A DNA stretch of 64,000 bases from Candidatus Altimarinota bacterium (GTDB lineage Bacteria > Patescibacteriota > Gracilibacteria > 1-14-2-50-48-13). The stretch covers positions 608,001 through 672,000 of the forward strand of contig JBKBWQ010000001.1 of the NCBI GenBank assembly GCA_046314355.1. The letters run 5' to 3'. This document shows, one piece after another, positions 1 to 7,690 of the stretch. The translations under genes and the position numbers were made by a program. Numbering within the stretch: position 1 is the first letter of the stretch; every line of letters starts with the position of its first letter. The notes under the pieces are model-generated. The model saw nothing but the letters and a program-made list of their open reading frames with translations, made no database searches and had not been told where the DNA came from.

Positions 1-1021
1 GAATCTCCACCTCTTCGAACTCTTTGAGTGCAAGCTCTAATCCATCAAGCCAAGAAGCTACATCTTCTTTTACTACCTGCTCCACTTCCTTAAAGATTTT
101 TCCAGTAAGTTTTCTTGCAGAATAATTTAGCTTTAACTCCTCTGCTTCAAGAAAAGGCAGATTAAGGTGACGGGCAATACGTCTTGTGAAGACACGTCCA
201 CCTATACCATACATTTTTGTTCCAACAATACCTCCATTTTGCACTAGAGCCACATCAGTCGTACCTCCGCCGACATCTATAAAGATACCGCTAAAATCCG
301 TACCATCTGATGCAGCATATGCTTTTGATACTGCATATGGCTCAACCACTATTGATAGAAGCTCTTTCCCCATTTCTTCAGCAATACTTCGAGCTGATTC
401 ATAATGGACAAGAGGAGCAAAGGCATTAAATATGCCAACCTGTACATGTTTCCCTTTAAATCCAAGCGGATTTGATACTCGGTACCCATCAATACGTACG
501 TCAACTAACGCTGTATGAACAAGTTTGACATCTATTTCTGAATATCCAGTTTCCCAAGAAAGCTCTTTTCGAATACGCTCAAAGGCTTTCCATTGAATCT
601 TATGTACGATATGTCTAAGTTCAGGCAGAGTGATCTTTTCTTCTTTTCTCTCTCTCATATATTCTACAGATACAGTAGCTCCTTTTACCAGTTCTCCTGC
701 AATACCCAGCACCACCTGGTCTGTCTGCATATGTGCTTCTGCTTCTGCTTCCTTTGTGGCGAGTTCACAGTTCTTCAGTACATTTTCAATGTCAATAATT
801 CCTCCATTAAACATATCTCCAAGTCTTTGCTTCTGCTTACCAACTCCTTTTACGTGAATCTTTCCATCAATAGGATTTAATTCACAGACAAGTGCTTTTA
901 CTACCTCCGTACCAATATCTAACGCTAACACACCTCTCCGTTCATGATGTCTTCCACGATGATTTGGGAACCGAGTATCTTTGGAAACACCTCCGATAAT
1001 TTTTTTTAGAAAAGAAAACAT
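1..1021 (-). CDS. ftsA: FtsA-like actin-fold ATPase (runs off the left edge)
   Basis: Not in the ORF track. Manual translation from the ATG at 1021 gives MFSFLKK...VLALDIGTEVVKALV...GIAGELVKG...IFIDVGGGTTDVA...GIGGRVFT, i.e. the phosphate-1 and phosphate-2 motifs of the FtsA/actin fold. Confidence 0.8.
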   Translation of the reverse strand, partial: MFSFLKKIIGGVSKDTRFPNHRGRHHERRGVLALDIGTEVVKALVCELNPIDGKIHVKGVGKQKQRLGDMFNGGIIDIENVLKNCELATKEAEAEAHMQTDQVVLGIAGELVKGATVSVEYMRERKEEKITLPELRHIVHKIQWKAFERIRKELSWETGYSEIDVKLVHTALVDVRIDGYRVSNPLGFKGKHVQVGIFNAFAPLVHYESARSIAEEMGKELLSIVVEPYAVSKAYAASDGTDFSGIFIDVGGGTTDVALVQNGGIVGTKMYGIGGRVFTRRIARHLNLPFLEAEELKLNYSARKLTGKIFKEVEQVVKEDVASWLDGLELALKEFEEVEI

Positions 1022-1049
1022 GAGAAAAAAGAGAGCAAACTACTGCCGT

Positions 1050-1078
1050 ATCTTAGTCCAGCAAAGACCATAAGTCAA
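1050..1078 (-). promoter_or_regulatory. Sigma70-type promoter for the ftsA-like gene
   Basis: Minus strand TTGACT-17 bp-TAAGAT just upstream of the ATG at 1021. Confidence 0.55.
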
Positions 1079-1160
1079 CGCTCCATTTCTCTTTTGCTGG
1101 ACTTTACTTTTACACATACGTCTACTATGATAGATCCACTTAAATATTTATCATATCAGA

Positions 1161-2675
1161 ATGAATGTAGTCCGCACCCGGCTCGCTCCTAGTCCCACCG
1201 GCTTTCTCCATATTGGTACTGCACGTACTGCTATATATAATTACTTGATTGCAAAGCAGTCAGGAGGTCAGTTTATACTACGTATCGAAGATACAGATCA
1301 GGGCAGATATGTAGAGGGTGCTACTGAAGCTATCTTTGAAGGACTCAAGTGGCTCGGTTTAATCTATGATGAAGGTCCTGATGTGGGAGGACCATTTGCT
1401 CCCTACATTCAAACAGAGAGACTTAAAAGACATAAGGAAGCTGCAGATGAGCTGATTCAGAATGGACATGCATACCGATGTTTTTGTACTCCAGAAAGAC
1501 TTACTGAGCTCAGAGAAATACAGAAACTCAAGAAGCTTCCTCCCGCTTATGATCGAAAATGCAGAAGTCTTTCTCAAGAAGAAATTGATGCACATCTTTC
1601 AAATGGAGACACTTTTACCATACGGCTTAAAATGCCTCTTGAAGGAGAGATCATATGTGAAGATGCAATCCGCGGTAAAATATCATTCCCAGCAAAGGAT
1701 ATAGATGATCCTATTCTACTTAAAACAGACGGCTATCCTACCTATCATCTTGCAGCAATCATAGATGATCATGATATGGAGATTACACATGTAATCCGTA
1801 CCGAAGAATGGCTTCCATCTTATCCTAAGCATGCATATCTTTATACTTGTTTTGGTTGGGAGCAGCCTGTCTATCTCCACGGTCCATTAGTACTCAACGA
1901 TGACAGAAGTAAGATGAGCAAACGTAAAGGAGATGTAGCACTTAGCAGTTATATTAAGAAAGGTTACCTAAAAGAAGCACTTATTAATTTCCTTGTACTT
2001 TTAGGATGGAGTGGACCAAATGATAAAGAATTCTGGACTATAGAAGAACTTATTGAAAGCTTTGACTTTACTAAGGTTCATAAGTCAGGGGCTATCTTCA
2101 AACCTGAGAAACTTGATTTTTTCAATGCTCACTATATTAGACAAAAAAGCGTTGAAGAACTTACAGAGATACTTATTGAATATCTAGCAACAAATGATCT
2201 TCTTGAGGAAAAAGATGATGTTACTCTTTTACTCAAAGGAAGCCTAAATATAGAAGTAAGCAGAGCGGTGTTTGAACTTATGGTGCGGCATGGACAAGGA
2301 CGCTTGGTAACTTTAAGTGATTTCTTTCCTGCCCTTGGGATGTATTTCAAAAAAGAAATGCAATATGCTCCTGAGTTATTGACAAATGAAAAAATGAAAA
2401 CAGACATCAATACTGCTAAACAGTCAATTGATCTCCTTGTTACTACTCTTGAAGCTTTTCCAAATGAAGATTGGGAGCTAGATAAGTTAAAAAACCATCT
2501 ACTTGCAACTATCGCAGAAAATGGAATGAAAAACGGACAAGTACTTTGGCCAATGCGCTCAGCCTTAACTGGAGAGACGCAAAGCCCAGGAGCATTTGAA
2601 GTGGCAGAAATTTTAGGAAAAGAAGAAACATTAAAAAGACTAAAAGTTGCAAGAGAAATCTTGAGTTCTTTTTAA
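1161..2675 (+). CDS. gltX: Glutamate--tRNA ligase
   Basis: RLAPSPTGFLHIG (HIGH), LRIEDTD, YRCFCT and KMSKR motifs. Confidence 0.97.
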   Translation: MNVVRTRLAPSPTGFLHIGTARTAIYNYLIAKQSGGQFILRIEDTDQGRYVEGATEAIFEGLKWLGLIYDEGPDVGGPFAPYIQTERLKRHKEAADELIQNGHAYRCFCTPERLTELREIQKLKKLPPAYDRKCRSLSQEEIDAHLSNGDTFTIRLKMPLEGEIICEDAIRGKISFPAKDIDDPILLKTDGYPTYHLAAIIDDHDMEITHVIRTEEWLPSYPKHAYLYTCFGWEQPVYLHGPLVLNDDRSKMSKRKGDVALSSYIKKGYLKEALINFLVLLGWSGPNDKEFWTIEELIESFDFTKVHKSGAIFKPEKLDFFNAHYIRQKSVEELTEILIEYLATNDLLEEKDDVTLLLKGSLNIEVSRAVFELMVRHGQGRLVTLSDFFPALGMYFKKEMQYAPELLTNEKMKTDINTAKQSIDLLVTTLEAFPNEDWELDKLKNHLLATIAENGMKNGQVLWPMRSALTGETQSPGAFEVAEILGKEETLKRLKVAREILSSF

Positions 2676-2722
2676 GACAAGCATATACTCCAACTGGATA
2701 CGAACCACATAACACCATACTC

Positions 2723-3049
2723 ATGAAAATATCACATATATACCAGATTTATACGATGCTGAAAGGGACAGTACGATGCCCGCATTGTAAAGAACTTTGC
2801 GATGCAGAAGAGATTGAACTCGTAGATCTCTGCGATAATGAATGTACCTTTGCAATTTATTGTGATGAGTGCGACGTAGCCATTGAAGCAGATGTAGTAA
2901 TGTATGAAAACGGACAGGCGCCATCTATTAATCTTACTTCTCATGAAAAGATTACTCAAGAAGATATAGACTCTATCGGAAAAGTACTCTCCAATCACAA
3001 AGGAAGTCTTAAAAAACTCTTTGGAAAAGCTGGGAAAGGGAAAAAATAG
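2723..3049 (+). CDS. Small zinc-ribbon-like protein (start may be 2756)
   Basis: CPHC...CDEC cysteine pairs, acidic core and basic tail. Confidence 0.6.
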   Translation: MKISHIYQIYTMLKGTVRCPHCKELCDAEEIELVDLCDNECTFAIYCDECDVAIEADVVMYENGQAPSINLTSHEKITQEDIDSIGKVLSNHKGSLKKLFGKAGKGKK

Positions 3050-3069
3050 TTTATATTTATTTTTACTAT

Positions 3070-3291
3070 ATGAAAAGCCGTCTTTTACTTGTACCTCTTT
3101 TACTTATAACTCTTGCAGGCTGCAGTTCTCAAGCAGAAAAGATACAGGGAGATCTTATGCAGAAGAAAGATGAACTCAGTAACAGCGCAGCAAGCTCTAT
3201 TGAAAAGATTCAAACGAAAGCAAAACAAGGAAAAGAGGCTCTTGATAGCGTACAAAATGCAGCAAAGAAAGTAGACGAATTCTCAAAGTAA
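3070..3291 (+). CDS. Small helical lipoprotein
   Basis: MKSR + hydrophobic stretch + LAGC lipobox, followed by a K/Q/A-rich helix. Confidence 0.75.
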   Translation: MKSRLLLVPLLLITLAGCSSQAEKIQGDLMQKKDELSNSAASSIEKIQTKAKQGKEALDSVQNAAKKVDEFSK

Positions 3292-3322
3292 TAAAAAACC
3301 CTCCGACCGGAGGGTTTTTTAT
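3291..3322. terminator. Bidirectional intrinsic terminator
   Basis: ATAAAAAACCCTCC-GACC-GGAGGGTTTTTTAT between convergent genes. Confidence 0.85.
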
Positions 3323-3328
3323 TACTTA

Positions 3329-3982
3329 TTACTCAGTTCTAAGAAATTTTTTATAGTACATTACGCCACTCGAGATTATAAGAGCTAACAGCACTAGGAA
3401 TATATCTTCTGGACCGCTCTGAGGAGCCTGTGCTGGAGTAGCAGTAACCACCTGAGTTGCTGGCTTAGCTGTCACCGGCTGCGGGACCGCTGCAACTGGC
3501 ACAACCGCTTCTGCTGTATAGGCAGAAGAGTGCAGATCACTTTCTTCGCCAGTATAAGATGTCTGTACTAGATCTGCAAAATCATCAGTATTAGATGTTG
3601 CAGTATTTATATTCAAATTTGTTTCAGAAGCAGCTGGCGCAGAAGTGTAGATAATATTAGAATCATTCGTATTCATACTGGAGATATCCATAGTGTTCAT
3701 CTCTGACGTCCCAAGACTATTACTATTTTGTAGTTGAACTGTGCTTGATATGCTTGTTCCTGATCCGCCTGTTGTACTTTCAACAGCATTTAGTAGACCA
3801 CCAGTCGTCACAAAATCATTTGTATTCAGATTATCATTTATATTCGTGATTGAGGACTGATTAATGATATCAGACTGGAAGACATTACCTCCAGAAGAGA
3901 GCCAAAGCACACTTCCGCCAAGTCCTAGCACGAGGAAGAAATAAGTTCCTTTTTTGATAAGTTCTAGTTGATTACGTGTCAT
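3329..3982 (-). CDS. Low-complexity S/T/N-rich surface protein with N-terminal TM and C-terminal PQSGPE-TM-KK tail
   Basis: N-terminal TM followed by GGNVFQSDII, a disordered body, and APQSGPEDIFLVLLALIISSGVMYYKK at the end. Confidence 0.75.
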   Translation of the reverse strand: MTRNQLELIKKGTYFFLVLGLGGSVLWLSSGGNVFQSDIINQSSITNINDNLNTNDFVTTGGLLNAVESTTGGSGTSISSTVQLQNSNSLGTSEMNTMDISSMNTNDSNIIYTSAPAASETNLNINTATSNTDDFADLVQTSYTGEESDLHSSAYTAEAVVPVAAVPQPVTAKPATQVVTATPAQAPQSGPEDIFLVLLALIISSGVMYYKKFLRTE

Positions 3983-5292
3983 GCTGTTTTATGTTTGAAT
4001 GTAAAATATGCTGCAAGTGCAATACTCATCGCCGCAAGAATGAAGAGAATATGCTCCGGTCCATTTGCAGGCGTATGAGGCACTTTTGCAAGCGACGCTC
4101 TAGCCTGATCAGACAGATCATATGCCTTTACAGTTCCAGGACCGCCAGCTGCAGACTTGAGTTCATCAAACCGCAGTGTCTCAGCAGTACCAGTCTGCAC
4201 TTCGTATTCCTTCGTAGTTGCACTTTGAGTACCATCTGCATAGAGATGGGAAAGTACAAAATAGTATGTAGTATTTGCCTTTAAATTCTTAAAAGTATAT
4301 CCAGAGATAGGAGCAGATATATTTTTACTTCTTGCGAATTGATCCCGAACTGTTGAATAGTATATAACAGTTGATGCAGCTGCAGGATCACCTTTCCATG
4401 TAAGACCGATTGATCTTGGAGCCTTAGTGAACTCAATATCCGTTGGGGCAGTCTTCGTTATACTGACAGTAGGCTCAGGTATGAATTGATTAGTATTCTC
4501 ATTCATATTCTCTGTTGGAAGAGTATTTAATATAGTAGTAGCATCAGGACTTAAGTCTGCGAAATCGCTGCTTTGTGATCCAGATGTCCCCAAAGATCCT
4601 AAAGAGGTAGTTGGAGATGATGTTGTCTGTGGAATATCATTTGTATTATTATTCTGATTACCTACGGTAACTACTGATGTATTGGTATTTGCATTTTGAG
4701 AAGATCCTGCATTTGCATTACCATTAGTAGATGCAGATCCCTGACCTACTGGTATCACAAGAGACTTAAATTTTGTATAATCTACAATATTTGTTGCAAC
4801 ATCATCCACTACGACATTCGCACTATTTTTTGTAAGACTTCCGTCGGGGTCTTGGTAAAAGTCAAATTTCAACTCGTCGCCAGTAGTATCACTTAAGACT
4901 TCAAATTGAGCTGTCGCAAGAATAAAGCTATCTTTTCCAGAGGTTGGATTTGTAGCTAATCTGCTTACCTTCATCACTTTATTTTCAGGAGAAAAAGGAT
5001 CATCTTTTACAAGATTAAGATCAAAATCAGGGGCAGTGCCAAAGTCGACACTCTTCCCTTTTACCTTTACAGGATCATAAGTCACCCAAGTCTCAAAGGA
5101 AGCAATATTCTGTTTTGATGGGTTTGAAAGCGCTAAGATTACATTTACAGTATCACCCTTCTTAGCAGTAGCTTCTTTACTCGTAAGTATAAAATACGCA
5201 TCCTGCGGAGCCTCCTGTGCAGATGTAAAATAAGCAAAGCTGAGGCTTAAGCCGAGTAGTCCTGTACATGCTAGTATTTTATAAATTTTCAT
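3979..5292 (-). CDS. Secreted cohesin-like + fibronectin type III surface protein with PANGPE-TM tail
   Basis: Signal peptide; cohesin-like AKKGDTVNVIL...SFETWVTYDP...LATAQFEV; N/T/S linker; FN3 (LTW...YTFKNLKANTTYYF); TPANGPE-TM-KHK. Confidence 0.75.
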   Translation of the reverse strand: MKIYKILACTGLLGLSLSFAYFTSAQEAPQDAYFILTSKEATAKKGDTVNVILALSNPSKQNIASFETWVTYDPVKVKGKSVDFGTAPDFDLNLVKDDPFSPENKVMKVSRLATNPTSGKDSFILATAQFEVLSDTTGDELKFDFYQDPDGSLTKNSANVVVDDVATNIVDYTKFKSLVIPVGQGSASTNGNANAGSSQNANTNTSVVTVGNQNNNTNDIPQTTSSPTTSLGSLGTSGSQSSDFADLSPDATTILNTLPTENMNENTNQFIPEPTVSITKTAPTDIEFTKAPRSIGLTWKGDPAAASTVIYYSTVRDQFARSKNISAPISGYTFKNLKANTTYYFVLSHLYADGTQSATTKEYEVQTGTAETLRFDELKSAAGGPGTVKAYDLSDQARASLAKVPHTPANGPEHILFILAAMSIALAAYFTFKHKTA

Positions 5293-5310
5293 AAAGTATT
5301 ATAAGAGAGA

Positions 5311-6522
5311 TTATTGTGCTTGAGCATTTTGATATGCATTGATATAGAGAGTCAGGTCCTTAATATCAACTGTGCCATCGTTATTAAGATCTACTTCTAT
5401 CTTCTTTTTTGCTGGCGTTACCATTAAAGAAAAAGAACCAGAGACCATATGTGCTTCTTTATCGTATACTTTGTAAGTAAGAATATATGGTGTTGCAGAT
5501 GTCTTAACTCCATTTGGTAAAGCAAAGTTAGTAGTATATTCAATATAGTTAGCAGTACGTCCCACTTCTAGAAGCTTATTCTCCTTTGCTAGACCAAGCG
5601 CACTTAGGTCAATAGTTACCCGGTCCATATCCTTTAGACCATCCTTATCTTTTACACTGATATATACATAGATCGGATCTCCAGTTCCTTCAATGACTGT
5701 ATTTGGGAAAAGTGATGTTTTATCTTGAGTTACCTCAGGTACATTTTTAAGTACCACTGCTTGACCTGGAGCTGTAAGTGTTCCTCTATTTGGCGGAGTA
5801 AGTTCTCCTGTAAATGGTTTCTTTACGGGATTAGGTAAGACAGTCCCGCTAGCTGTACTTTTTGCTGTAATATGAAGTTCTCCTTCAGCCTCAAAATGAG
5901 GGAACCCTGCCTCTGATCCTGTAAACGTTGTATGAAGAGCACTAATAATATGTAGGCGCAGTTCATTTGTTTCACTGAGGTTAGCTACAGCAACCTGAAA
6001 AGGAAGCATAAGAAGATTATCAATACTCTTATCAAGTAGTAACGGAGATCCCCCTTGCGGTTCAATATCGACGGTGAGTATTCCCTCTTCATAATTTGCT
6101 TTTGCTGTTGCAGTATACTGTTCTGTAGTTACTAACTCTTTTCCTACATACTGAATTCCCTTTGTTGGAAATTTAATTTTCAGAGAGAGTTTCTTTTCAA
6201 TCGAAACAAACTCTTTGCTGCGGAATGCAACTGCGACTTTTCCTGTACTACCATTTTCTAGCTTATATACCCTTGGGAAATAAACCCCTTGCTGCTCATT
6301 ACCATTGATAAGCAATGCATAGATAAGGTTTCTTTCTTCATCAGATATAAATTCTTTTAAAGTACTTCCGCTATTAAAATCTATAGTAAGCTTCCCTGAT
6401 CCCGTATCATCAGAGTCTAAAAGTGATGACTGGAAAATCCCTCCCCGTATTCCGAGGACTATAAGCATAAACGTCACAGAGACGGCTAGTGCAGTAAGAG
6501 ATAAGATTTTTTTTCTTTCCAT
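5311..6522 (-). CDS. Membrane-anchored beta-sandwich protein with C-terminal dockerin-like EF-hand repeat
   Basis: N-terminal TM + GGIFQSSLL, two beta-rich domains, and a C-terminal DLNNDGTVDIKDLTLYINAY dockerin-type Ca-binding loop-helix. Confidence 0.7.
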   Translation of the reverse strand: MERKKILSLTALAVSVTFMLIVLGIRGGIFQSSLLDSDDTGSGKLTIDFNSGSTLKEFISDEERNLIYALLINGNEQQGVYFPRVYKLENGSTGKVAVAFRSKEFVSIEKKLSLKIKFPTKGIQYVGKELVTTEQYTATAKANYEEGILTVDIEPQGGSPLLLDKSIDNLLMLPFQVAVANLSETNELRLHIISALHTTFTGSEAGFPHFEAEGELHITAKSTASGTVLPNPVKKPFTGELTPPNRGTLTAPGQAVVLKNVPEVTQDKTSLFPNTVIEGTGDPIYVYISVKDKDGLKDMDRVTIDLSALGLAKENKLLEVGRTANYIEYTTNFALPNGVKTSATPYILTYKVYDKEAHMVSGSFSLMVTPAKKKIEVDLNNDGTVDIKDLTLYINAYQNAQAQ

Positions 6523-6704
6523 AATGTTTATATTTGTTTTGAGATGAACGAATCATTCCTAGTATCTTACCATAACTAGATATAAGTCTCTAACCAGAGC
6601 TCTTGTTAAATCTCGTGTTTTATTGTGTAGAATTATTACAAAAGAAAATCCTTTTTCTAAAGAGGGTTATGGAGTATAATGAGTAGATTTATATTTCATA
6701 CATT

Positions 6705-7688
6705 ATGAAAAGACATCTAGAGAAAATACATAGTCATTATAAAACCCACAAGGAAAAGCTCCTTCAAGTATGGGAGGAAAAACCCTTAACACGCACTGTT
6801 ACAATTGCAGTTTTTGGCATCAGCATTGTCGTACTAGGAGGATTTATACGAAATGCATATGAAGCCAAGCAGGTTCCATCAAATAGCACTTCTACTATCT
6901 CAGTATCACAGGAAGCATTTGAAGATCTGCATTTTGCTGGTACAATAAATAAAAATACCAACCATACTATTAGTGCAACAGGCGTTAAACAGCCTGTGAT
7001 AAGCTCTCCAATAGCTAAAAGCACTCCTGTGTATGGTGTAGAAAATACCTTAAGACTTGAGCAGGATATACAGACGACACTCAAGCAGCAGCAGTCTACA
7101 AAAGCAATAGAAAGCATTATCTCATCTTCAAACCGTCTGGATCCTATATATACGGATTCCACTGACCTTGTTACTAAGCATATAGAAATATTGCGAATTA
7201 TGAGATCATACTTGAGTGTAAATCTTATTACACTCATGAATGGTAGTCCAAACCGTGAACAAGTACTGGATAGCTTTTTTGATAAACTTAAAAATGCACA
7301 GACTACAATACAAGCAAGTACAAATGAGCTAAATAGTGAGATCGCAAGACTTAAAGATGAGTACGGGAGACATGAAAGTGCCAAAAAAACAGCAAGTACA
7401 AATTTTGCCAACAAACTTGCAAATCTTGATGCAAATGGTACTAACACTGAACTCTCAACTATAATCAAAGAAGAGCAGCAAGCTGCAGAATTCTATACGA
7501 GATACAGAAGCTTTGAAAAGATTAGAAATATCTATGCTGCCCTTACAAAACCTATCAATACAAAATTAACTGTTATCAGTGCAAACCGTGAAGCTCTTAT
7601 CAAAGGAGTACAGGTAGTTGCTGTTCCTGGTATGCAGGAAGATCTCATCCTTACAGAGAAACAGTGGAGAGACCTTATAAATAGATAA
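6705..7688 (+). CDS. Membrane-anchored coiled-coil protein
   Basis: Single TM near the N-terminus and a long heptad-rich helical region. Confidence 0.7.
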   Translation: MKRHLEKIHSHYKTHKEKLLQVWEEKPLTRTVTIAVFGISIVVLGGFIRNAYEAKQVPSNSTSTISVSQEAFEDLHFAGTINKNTNHTISATGVKQPVISSPIAKSTPVYGVENTLRLEQDIQTTLKQQQSTKAIESIISSSNRLDPIYTDSTDLVTKHIEILRIMRSYLSVNLITLMNGSPNREQVLDSFFDKLKNAQTTIQASTNELNSEIARLKDEYGRHESAKKTASTNFANKLANLDANGTNTELSTIIKEEQQAAEFYTRYRSFEKIRNIYAALTKPINTKLTVISANREALIKGVQVVAVPGMQEDLILTEKQWRDLINR

Positions 7689-7690
7689 GA

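Noticed and set aside
186-880. Plus-strand short ORFs at the window start
   Set aside because: Antisense to the FtsA-like gene that runs off the edge.
6764-7468. 234-aa minus-strand ORF
   Set aside because: Fully antisense to the 6705-7688 gene; composition is typical of a shadow ORF.
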